Below are positions 51,896 to 64,000 of a stretch of DNA of 64,000 bases, in pieces (the first letter of the stretch is position 1; each line of letters begins with the position of its first letter). The position numbers were made by a program, and so were the translations under genes. The DNA comes from Eledone cirrhosa. Lineage: Eukaryota. The stretch covers positions 86,862,001-86,926,000 of the forward strand of contig OZ024741.1 of assembly GCA_964016885.1 (NCBI GenBank), in the 5' to 3' direction. Below the pieces are notes generated by a model that did not search any database, was not told where the DNA came from, and was given only the letters and a program-made list of their open reading frames with translations.

Positions 51896-54380
51896 TTATA
51901 TATAGGGTTTAAAGTTTTGGAACGAGTGTCGGAAGCGGTGTTGGCAATTTGCGAACACTTCTGATTTTTTATTAAGGAGATTACGTTTAGAGAAGATGAT
52001 AGTATGGGTCTCTAGTAGACAGAGGTTACAAAATTTATCAGGTGGTTTGTACGATGTTGCACTACCTACCACTTCCCATTTAAGTGTATATATTTTATTT
52101 TTAGTTTTTAGATAGTGTATGTAGCTAGATAGTGAAGTGGAGTTGGCTAGACTGTGTTTTTTGAAAGAGTGGAGGTGCGAATTGTATCTAGTTTTGAAGC
52201 AGTTAGAAGTGGAGCCTATGTAGGTTTCAGAAGAGCTGTTAGTTGTGACTGTACATGAGTATATGATATCCTTGGTTAAGCATTTTTTATCTAAAGGGCA
52301 GGTTCTACTTGATCTACAGTTACAATTACTCTGGGTGCTAGTCTGCCAGTTACTATGCTGTGTAGAAGTTTGGAGGTTAGCTATAGGGTTATGGTTATGC
52401 GGGTTGTGGTACGCAGCGTTAATGTTTACACTAGTGCTATTACTATTATTTCCATTGATATTACGGTTATTTGTTATAATGTTACTTTGACTGTCATTAT
52501 GAATGTTATTTTGAAGGTTTATCGACCGTTGTGATTTAGTTTGTTGGAAGTAAGAATTAATTTTTCTTTTATTAGTACTAGCTATGTGGTATGCTAAGTT
52601 AGGCGTAGTAGAGTATGAGATCTTAATAGTGTTTTTGTTTAAAAGGCCGTGGTACCTGTGGCCGGATGGGAAGTGTTTATCTAGTAGTGAGAAGAAAGCC
52701 CTAGGAAGGTTGGTAGAGACGTTTAAATTGAAAGGAGGGTTGAAAAATGTATTATTTCTTCTTCTATTTCTGTTTTTTATGTCTGGTGATTTTTTTCCTT
52801 TAATGTTCCTATGGTCAATTCTGTGGTGCGGGTTACTCTTGTTGTTACAATCCCTATTAGTGTGTGTGCAGTTGCTATTCTTATTATTAAATTTTCCCAT
52901 GGACATGTTGTGTGAAATGATGTTGTAGCTATGTGTTTTTGTAGGTAGGAACTCTATCCCTGTATTATGGCCTGATCTAGCTAATGCCTGATTATAATAC
53001 TGCGAGTTATTGTTAAATGTGTTTATGTCATAGGATAGATTAGAGATTCTATTAGATACTCCCTTAGAGATAGAGTTCAATATAGATTTAGGGTGGTTAG
53101 ACTTGGTATCTACGTAGATGATTTTTTCATTAGGTTTGTGGAAAGGTGCATATATCATTGAGTCTAAGTAGAGTGTGGCGTCTAGGAAGTTGACGTTTTT
53201 GGTGTTTTTGTCCTTGGTAATACTAAGGTTAAAGTTTTTGAATGTTTTGTGCAATAGTTTTCTAGTCCTTTCTATATTGAATTTTTTATAGTCTATGAGT
53301 AGAAGTGCATCATCGCGATACAAACCACCGCTGAGGTACGGAAGTTCCCTGTGGATTAGGTTAAGTAAGTATAGGCCAACCAGATCAGTGACCTGCGCCG
53401 AGTCACTAGACCCCATAGTAATGTCGAAGTTGTTTTACGTATCCTTGCGGGTCCATAATTGGTCCTCAAAGGTGATTATTATTTTACGGGCCGCAAGTAT
53501 GACATCAATCTGGGGTCTAGTCAAGTCACTATTGTCCATGGCCATTATAAGTGCCTTATTTAGTAGGATAGGGGAAATAGAGGTGTAGTAAGAGTTGATA
53601 TCAAATTGGATAAATTTTTTATCCTTGTTATCTATTATATTTTTGAACCATTCAATCACTTCACCCGTATTTCCCCATTGCTTAAGGTAAATCTTGTGTT
53701 TAATCTGTGGGATGATTTTGTCTAGGATTTTTTTACTGATAATGCCAATGTCAGACCTGGAGGGGTAGATTAGTCTAATCGAGGGGTTGCTAATGAAGTC
53801 TACCTTATGGTCTTTCAGAGAGAATCTAGGGGGGTTTGGGGTGTAAGGTTGTGTATGTCTCTGGAGCCCTAGTTTGGATACTATATTATAGCCTTCCATA
53901 TTAATATCTTCTAAGTTTTTCATAGTGGTTTTTTTGTAGTTTTTATGTAGTTCATTATATATAAACTTTCTATACGTATTATAATCTAGGCTGTATATAT
54001 TATTAGTTTTGTCGGCATGTACAACAATTTTACTACTAGATTTGAAGTCATTAATAGAGGTGCTAAGTTTGTTTAAGAAGGTGTTGTTTTTATTATGGTG
54101 TTTTTTTGTATTTAATGTTTTTAACTAGTTTAATTAGGTTGTTTTCGAAGAGGTTTAATAGTGTGTTATGAGGGGGGCTTCTAAATGTTTTAAAGCCGAA
54201 GGAGTCAAATTTGTTGGTGTTATTATCCTTGCCAGATTTGTTTCTATCATAATGGAATGTCCTCCATCTCACTCTATTGATAAAGGAGTTTACACTGTTG
54301 ATCAACAACTTTTCATATGTATTTTTGGTTGGTAAAGGTATGTTCTTGGTTGACATAGGGAGTTGGTCTTTGATCAGCAT
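51896..54380 (-). pseudogene. Naiad-type RT + zinc motif + GIY-YIG ORF with one frameshift and one stop
   Basis: Motifs KNIP, RVRWR, VHADKTNNIY, FIQFDINSYYTSI, FDITMGSSDSAQ, LYRDD, CNCRSSRTCPLDKKC, IIY..YIG and CNLC. There is a +1 in an A-run near 54100 and an in-frame TAA at 53437-53435. Confidence 0.9.
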
Positions 54381-54635
54381 GCTGGTAATTTATGGTATAT
54401 CAGCTCAACAAAATGGAGCAGTTATTAGTATTAAGGGTACTATTTATGGTTATGTATGCAATAAAACCTTTGATGGTAATATATTATATATACACAAACC
54501 CTAAATAGTGAGAGATAGTCTTTAATTACTATCCTATTACCAGTAAGTTAAATAGCTCAATGTAATAACATCAGTTGTTATACAGAGCAGTTATATAGAG
54601 ATTACAGTAATCAAAGTTCAGTTTAAGTCATTTAT

Positions 54636-54684
54636 TTGCTTACAATTGTTTCCTCCAAACCGAGGTTTGGATTCTTCGGAGCAG
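54636..54684 (-). ncRNA. Hammerhead motif in the 5' pLTR, same CCGAAGA core
   Basis: Duplicate of 50296-50344. Confidence 0.75.
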
Positions 54685-54777
54685 TTATTTATAACATACT
54701 TGACCTCCTTTTCAACCCAAGAGACACATAAAACATATGCGCATATTGATCAACAGTGGGGTGACATTCATCAAATG

Positions 54778-54819
<42 letters not shown>

Positions 54820-54895
54820 ATTATGGAATCTCGAAGAGTATCATAACCACAGTTAATTGAGGTATTCAATACGTTAGAAGAATATAGGCATCATT

Positions 54896-55014
54896 TCTGA
54901 GTTCAAATCCCGCCGAAGTTAACTTTGCCTTTCATCCTTACGGGGTCGATAAAATAAAGTACCAGTAATACACTGGATAATTGCTGGCCTTGTGCCAAAA
55001 AAGTAGAAACAATT
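54896..55014 (+). mobile_element. Meta-like SINE, 5'-truncated
   Basis: Matches the family consensus seen elsewhere in the window. Confidence 0.85.
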
Positions 55015-55098
55015 ATTTTATATAGAAATGACTAGAACTGATGATTTCATACAATGAAACAGTTTTAGTCCTATAGAGATATTTTCTCTCTCTCTCCT

Positions 55099-55369
<271 letters not shown>

Positions 55370-56112
55370 CCTATTACCCACTCTACTACCCTAAGTATTG
55401 AGTACTTTGGTGCGTTATGGTCCACCTGGTTCCTTACCACATTTCCTTCGTTATATATATATATATAAAGAAAAAAAGATGATAAGATGAAATCGAAAAT
55501 GCAACTGGGGTCTTATTTAAAAAAAATATATATAGTCTTTTTAAGAATATTTATTTGGTTCCTTTACCGGTTTCGCAGTTCTTCTGCTTTTCAAAAGTAG
55601 AGTTGAGATGGAGGGTCTGTGGTTTTTCTCACATCTGGTTAGTCTCTGAATGTTACTTGTTTTATATGGAAAAAGTCGCTCGAAATGCCAGGTTTTTCGA
55701 GAAGTTATTTGATTGGTTGGTCAATAATTATAATAAATTTCGCGCCAGTTCGCGTGACAAAGTTCTTCAAACAAGGGGAAGAGGGTCACAGGTTGTTTTT
55801 TCATATTTGAATTTCTTTTTACTTTCATATTTAAATTTCTTTTTACTTTTATATTTGAATTTCTTTTACAGCCATAATTTCATTTATAACCAATCAAATT
55901 ACGTTTATTAAAAAAAACAAAAAAAAAAACAAATAAATATATATATTTTTTAAAAAATATGACTCCAGTTGCATTTTCGATTTCATCTTTTTTTCTTTAT
56001 ACTTTCATTCGTGTAGGACACCTCGGTTATTTTTCATTTTGTAAAAAAACCTCACTTTCTAATAATATATATATATATATATAGTTATATAATAAACAAC
56101 ATAAGGCAATTA

Positions 56113-56173
56113 TTTCATTTACCAGTGGTTTCTTAAAAGCAAAAAAATTTTGCTTTCAATCATCAGAATGAAA
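56113..56173 (-). ncRNA. Type I hammerhead ribozyme
   Basis: Minus strand: TTTCATT-CTGATGA-TTGAAAGCAAAA ttt TTTTGCTTTTAA-GAAACCACTGGTA-AATGAAA. 7-bp stem I, 12-bp stem II, GUA site. Confidence 0.88.
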
Positions 56174-56269
56174 AAATCCTGGTGTATTTATTGGCGTTGG
56201 ATTGTAAAAACAAAAATATAATCTATATGAAAGTGAGGCTGGAAAAGGAAGAAGGAAAGGAAAAATAAA

Positions 56270-58100
<1,831 letters not shown>

Positions 58101-58733
58101 ACACAAAAAAAATTAATATCTAAAAATAAAAAAATTTTGGTATGTGAAGTGTAAGGTAAAAAAGTAAGGGGGAAAAAGAGGGGGGAAATAAATGACACAG
58201 GAAAAGGTTTAAATATAAGGGGAGATAAGGGAGAAAGAGAATACGAGAGTACAGAACGTGGATTCAGCAGGTAAAAAAACCGTAGTGGAAGTAAAGAGCA
58301 GAGAAGGAGTTCAAGGTGGTTGAGTTATCATAGGAATGTCAATCCAGTTACAGATCAGATGTGATTTCAGATGAGGACAACATCTGAAGATCTTGGTTTT
58401 TGTGTTCAGGCAAGCAGAATTGGCTTTCAAGTTTAGCAAAACCCTATATTTTTCTGTGGTACACAAAGAACAATTCTTTGTGCCCCTAAATATAAATTAG
58501 CAAGAATCGTATTTCGGCTTTGGAATTAGCGAAAAACAACTTCCGAGATGTGTGGCAAGCGCTCAATAATTCTGACGAAAGAGCTACAACATACGTTAAA
58601 GGCCAAACACACTGAGACAATGGTTAAACCGTCATCCGCACAGCCATAGGAACGACCAAGTAATTCGGGTCAAACAAATAAAAAAATTTACCCGGACCCC
58701 TGGATGGTTGGTAAAATCCAGCATTTGGGTTTC

Positions 58734-58769
<36 letters not shown>

Positions 58770-58896
58770 AAGTTTTATTTAAATTGTTGGGTTACAACGA
58801 GTAAATATTTATAACTGATATAAAAGCACTCAACAAGTATTTGGAGTATATTTACGATATTAAATAAATGGAAACTATATTTATAAAACCTTATTT

Positions 58897-58960
58897 ATTT
58901 CATTATATATATTTCAGGGATAACATATTAAAAATATGTTATGCCTTCTTCAGACAAAAT
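58897..58960 (-). ncRNA. Hammerhead motif (left palindrome arm)
   Basis: Same family as 44784-44847. Confidence 0.6.
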
Positions 58961-59420
58961 ACAATATAAACAATCTTATAAATAGATAGATTTGACATAC
59001 CTTTCAACTTCAACTTCCATTTAAAAAGTTGATTTGGTAGTGAAAAATATTAGGGACAGTTATAAAAGGAAGAAAGAAAGAAAAAAAAACGAAGAAAAAG
59101 AAGAAATGCATGCAACTAAATAGAGAGAGATAGATATAGAGAGATAGATAGAGAGAAGAAATTCATGTAAAGAAACAGAGAGATATATATATATATCTCT
59201 CTCTGTTTCTTTACATGAATTTCTTCTCTCTATCTATCTCTCTATATCTATCTCTCTCTATTTAGTTGCATGCATTTCTTCTTTTTCTTCGTTTTTTTTT
59301 CTTTCTTTCTTCCTTTTATAACTGTCCCTAATATTTTTCACTACCAAATCAACTTTTTAAATGGAAGTTGAAGTTGAAAGGTATGTCAAATCTATCTATT
59401 TATAAGACTGTTTATATTGT

Positions 59421-59484
59421 ATTTTGTCTGAAGAAGGCATAACATATTTTTAATATGATATCCCTGAAATATATATAATGAAAT
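59421..59484 (+). ncRNA. Hammerhead motif (right palindrome arm)
   Basis: ATTTTGT-CTGAAGA-AGG..CCT-GAAATATATATA-ATGAAAT. Confidence 0.6.
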
Positions 59485-59525
59485 AAATAAGGTTTTATAA
59501 ATATAGTTTCCATTTATTTAATATC

Positions 59526-59630
<105 letters not shown>

Positions 59631-59748
59631 TATATTAGTGTACAGATATTTTTGCATACACAATAACAAAATATATACTAATGTATTTATTTCACGAGGC
59701 TTGATAAGGATAAATATATATCAAATATATAAGAACCCTAGAGCAAAT

Positions 59749-59776
59749 CCCGAGCAACGCCGGGCCATTCTGCTAG
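59749..59776 (+). mobile_element. Helitron 3' terminus
   Basis: CCCGaGCaacGCCGGG hairpin, then 8 nt and CTAG|T, the typical hairpin + CTRR end. Confidence 0.65.
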
Positions 59777-59874
59777 TTATTTCTAAATATATCTATCTTT
59801 CTTAGTATTTCTGCAGGTAATACTGGCATTCTTAATTTGTGCATCGGTGTTAAAAATTGAGCTGAAGTCTGATC

Positions 59875-60105
59875 GTTTGTAAAGATATCATGTACCAGCT
59901 TTTGAACCGGCTATCGGACATTCCGACGTAAGTCCAGGCTTCAGTTTAGTGGTTGTGGTTGATGGAGTTCACTTCTGCTTGATATATCGCTGTTAGTGTT
60001 GCACTGTTGATCTAGTGGGCATCTCTCTGGCCTTCTGCATGAACATCCACAAAGTGGAGGGCTTTTGCGTTTGCCAGTGATGTGGGCTTTAATGTTATTG
60101 GTATA
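59875..60105 (-). mobile_element. Naiad-type GIY-YIG fragment
   Basis: Minus-strand translation CSCRRPERCPLDQQC...YQAEV...TYVGMSDSRFKSWY, with a frameshift and a stop. Confidence 0.7.
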
Positions 60106-60382
60106 TATATCAGGATAGAACCAGTTCTAAACTAGTTAGACCATTACTCAATAGAGTATTCGATACTTGGGATAGTAGAGTATAGCTATATTATAAAGAG
60201 TTTATTATATATACAGCAGAAAAACCACCCAAGGGTGTAGTGTGCATATTGATATTATACGCAACTAGCAGAAAACCCCCCTTCAGGCGGTTTTCTGCTA
60301 GCATATGTAGTGTGCATATTGGTATTATACGCGAATATATATGCATATAGATATATGTAAATTGAAAAGTAAATCGACAATA

Positions 60383-61024
60383 TCTTCTTCTTCACCCACT
60401 TATTTCTGAGAGGGTCGTGGGGGCAGAGTCCTTCTCAAACACTCCTTCTAGCGAGTCTATCAGTAGCAAACATCTCTAACTGATCCAGCTGGATCCCAAA
60501 GCGTGACCAGCTCATGGATGTTATCCAACTATCTTGCTCAGGGTCTACCTCTGGGTGTCTTGCCGGTTGGTTTTGCCTGTAAAATGTGTCCAGCGATTCT
60601 TTACTGAGACATTCTAACCACATGCTCATAATATCGGAGTTGTAATCTCTCAATTCGGAGAAGTAGCGGCTCTACCAGGAGTGACTCTCTGGTCTCTGAG
60701 CTATGCACTTTATCGAGTAACGTTACTCGAAAGACCCTTCGAAGGAATCCCATTTCTGTCACTTTTATTTGCAATTGTATTCTTTTGGTCATTACTCAAG
60801 AATTCATGATCCTCGGTAAGAGTTTGCAGGAATACCAGGAAGACGGCGAGTTTGACTTTTACACCTACCTCACTTTTGATTGCTCAATGCTGAGGCTGGC
60901 GCATTACTGCATCAGCTTTTGCAATTCTTGCACTTAATTCAGCCTCCTGCATTCCATCACTCATGAACACGACCCCAAGATACTTGAACTTCTCTAACTG
61001 CTTCAGTAGAACTCCATTCACATG
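60383..61024 (-). mobile_element. RTE LINE 3' fragment
   Basis: EMGFLRRVFRVTLLDKV...IERLQLRYYEHVVRM, with a (GAA)n tail. Confidence 0.85.
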
Positions 61025-61637
61025 TATATAAATTTGAGGGACTTCTGTCTACCCGTCCATCACGCAATGTGTATGTGTGTTTGTGTGAATGCATGTGTGT
61101 GTAAAAGGAAGGAAAGGGATACACACATATATATGTCTAACATAAAAACAGTGACACACACACATGTCTCTAATTTAAGAACGCCGAGAAACTCACGCGC
61201 GCGCACATACACACACAGTCTTATTACCACTTAAGAGCTTTGGCCCGGGCAAACATCCCCTCAATTTTGGAACCATCTGGGTTGTCCTGAATTGATGGGA
61301 AAAGACTTGACGGTCTTACTCTGTGCTCCTGGTCAAGAGGCAGGTGCCTTACCTGGGACGTCATAATTAGTGGCTCTTTTACTTCTTCCCACATTCTGGA
61401 TGCAGCGGTAAGGGCGAGAGCTACAGCATCCGAAGCTGAACGGAACAAAATCCTAAAATACCGTGTTCTGTCAGAGTCGGGCTACTGACAGCGAGATTCT
61501 TATATTCACTGGCGGCTCGCCAAACAGAGGTAACTGGTGAGTATCGTGAGGGCACTTGCTTGTTCCAACACCTCAGCGTCGCCATCACTCCAGGTAACGC
61601 TTTTTTCTTTTCCTTTCCTTTGTATATATTATATTGA

Positions 61638-62050
61638 ATTGGTAGTATCGATAGAGGGTCGGATGCCATGCTTTCCAGCATAGTTACGTCCCTTTACGGT
61701 CCGAGTTCAAATCCCGCCGACCTTAACTTTGCCTTTCATCCTTACGGGGTCGATAAAATAAAGTACCAGTAATACACTGGAATAATTGCTGGCCTTGTGC
61801 CAAAAGTAGAAACAATTATATTTGATAGTGTTTTCGTTCTGTAACCATAATATTATATTAGGGCAGTGGATTGGCAGTATCAGTAGAGGGTTGGACGCCA
61901 TGCTTTGCAGCAAAGAGTGACGTCCCTTTACGATCTGAGTTCAAAAGCCGTCGAGGTTAACTTTGCCTTTCATCCTTACGGGGTCGATAAAATAAAGTAC
62001 CAGTAATGCACTGGGTAATTGCTGGCCTTGTGCCAAAAGTAGAAACAATT
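61638..62050 (+). mobile_element. Two Meta-like SINE copies
   Basis: Copies at 61638-61818 and 61861-62050. Confidence 0.85.
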
Positions 62051-62441
62051 ATTTATTCAAAGTAATCCAACTTACTTTACTAACTGGATTAAAAGAAATA
62101 AACCCTACGCAGTCCCGCAGACCTTACTTTATTATAGTTTAGATATAAACGTTATGATATAACGATGCAAATATATAAACGTTTATATAAGCGTTATAAT
62201 ATAGCGTCCGTTATATCATAATCGGAAGTATTGACATTTGAAAATCTTAAAAGAAGTGAATCTTAAAATAAGCAATCGTTATATATAAGAATATTTAAGT
62301 TTAATCAACAGCTACGAAATTTAGTACATAAATTATGTAATATTCATTCATTATTTATTCAAAGTAATCCGATTTATTTTACAAATGGGATAAAAAAATA
62401 TATTCAGGACACAGTCCCGCACTCCTCCCTTTATTATATTA

Positions 62442-62551
<110 letters not shown>

Positions 62552-62816
62552 TAAAACATGTCTATAGAATCACAAGATAAAATATATACCATTTCCTCTC
62601 CCAATTAGCATAATTAACTATATAAAAAATCGAATAGACCAGGCTATAAGAATTAGGCTTCTATGAAGAAATCTCCAACAAATAACTGAAACTAGCCCTT
62701 CGCGTCGGCCGCAACGGAATATTTATCGAATATTTCGACAGCGTAATCGCCCAGATACAGTCAATTAAACAGAATTAGGTGTAAAATAAACTAGGAGAAA
62801 ATAGAATACATTTAAA

Positions 62817-62905
62817 TACCTCTACCATGGTTTCGTCCGCATTTTGAGATTACCAATAATTATGTAATAATTATGTAACTCGAGCATCGGATTCATCAGC
62901 AAATT
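62817..62905 (-). ncRNA. Hammerhead-like motif with extended stem II and weak stem I
   Basis: Minus strand: CTGATGA-aTCCG..(about 45 nt)..CGGAc-GAAACCATGGTA, with palindromic stem III ACCATGGT. Confidence 0.55.
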
Positions 62906-63615
62906 TGCTCTGATCTAGACACTAAATTTTCCAAAGTGATCGCGCCAAGAATTCATTCAAAATGGCTAAGAATCGTGACGTAGTAGCGGTCAGGTTGGAA
63001 GGGGTGTGGTAGTTGCTTACGGCTAGTGGCTTTTTTGCTAGAAAGCACAGCACAATACAGCCAAATTTGTATCTCAACCTAATGGGAGATTATTACATAT
63101 AAAGTTTACATATATATATACATATATATACATATACGTGTTTTGCAACGGGTCACTTTGTGGCTCAATGAAAATTTAATAAATTAAATAATCAGAGCTA
63201 TATATCATATAACTATATATATATATAAATTAAAATAATATCTAAGCATAGAAATGACTCAACAGGTAGACAAATCAGAGAAACAACTGAGATAGAACTA
63301 AGAAAACCAAAGTTAAACAGTAAGAACGAATGGAATAACAACAACAACCATACCCAAACAAACAATACTGACCTAAGGGAAATATAAATAAATAAATATA
63401 TACACAAGTACAATAACAACAAACACATATAAACACATACTAGTGAACAAAGATAAAATACAAAAACACATACACTCAAACGCATGCGCAAACAGAGACA
63501 GAGACAAGAATAAATAAATAAAATAAAAATGGTGGAGGCATTCAATACAACGGGAGGAAACATAATAGTACCACTGTTGATGTCACAGATGTGTGATGAA
63601 AGAACTTTGATAGAC

Positions 63616-63669
<54 letters not shown>

Positions 63670-64000
63670 AAAAGGAAATACACAGATACATGCGAATACA
63701 TACATATACATGCATATACACCATATATCCCTGAATTTATGTGGTGCCAACCTTAACCATTGTTGCTCAATGATTAATAGGGACAAAATAATCTGAATGA
63801 ATTAGATTGACTCAATAGCAGAGCTATATAATACATTATAAAGAAAGAAGAAATATTAGATATAAATAAAAATATATATATACCCAATATTCTTCGACAT
63901 CTTCGACTGCGCAGTTTCGTGGCTACTATGCAAAAACATTACATCATAGAGATGCAGTATTTTGTGAGATTTGCCAACTTATCAAGAGAATACCTCATTT

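Larger units (their letters stand above)
50257..54777 (-). mobile_element. Near full-length Naiad-type Penelope-like element with 181-bp direct pLTRs
   Basis: 50257-50437 matches 54597-54777 with about 2 mismatches. The element is flanked by (TA)n and contains an RT-GIY-YIG frame. Confidence 0.93.

Noticed and set aside
53435-53437. In-frame stop in the Naiad ORF as possible selenocysteine
   Set aside because: The codon is TAA, not TGA, and is not at a Cys position.
55030-55070. CTGATGA...GAAACAGTT
   Set aside because: Folds as a simple bulged hairpin that sequesters GAAA, with no proper three-way junction.
61224-61600. GC-richer segment with short ORFs
   Set aside because: Likely a retroelement remnant, but no diagnostic motif was recognised.
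63901-63990. HHR-like motif TTGATAA...GAAACTGCGCAGTC on the minus strand
   Set aside because: Two core substitutions and a weak stem I. Counted only as a degenerate candidate, not as a feature.

Overview
Repeat-dense animal genomic DNA, probably an octopus or other coleoid cephalopod (inferred from the SINE families and the (TA)n/(CA)n load). One protein-coding gene can be fully reconstructed: a minus-strand cholinesterase-like gene with 3 coding exons (48962-47473, 45492-45308, 35852-35749; 592 aa). It has a signal peptide, an intact Ser/Glu/His triad, a remodelled active-site gorge and a GPI-signal-like tail. The terminal exon of a close paralogue lies convergently on + (21785-21888). The rest is mostly mobile DNA: Penelope-like elements (PLEs), including a near-intact Naiad-type copy with direct pLTRs and two copies with inverted pLTRs; two Tx1/L1-clade LINEs ending in (TATC)n; RTE LINE pieces; Helitron and hAT remnants; two tRNA-derived SINE families; and a tRNA-Ser pseudogene. 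The ORF track misses three things: about a dozen type I hammerhead ribozyme (HHR) motifs, including one in a retrozyme-like unit; several fold-back palindromes centred on ribozyme stem II loops; and a strongly G-depleted, possibly G-to-A hypermutated, 5' part of one LINE. All folds and alignments were done by eye, and element boundaries are approximate.
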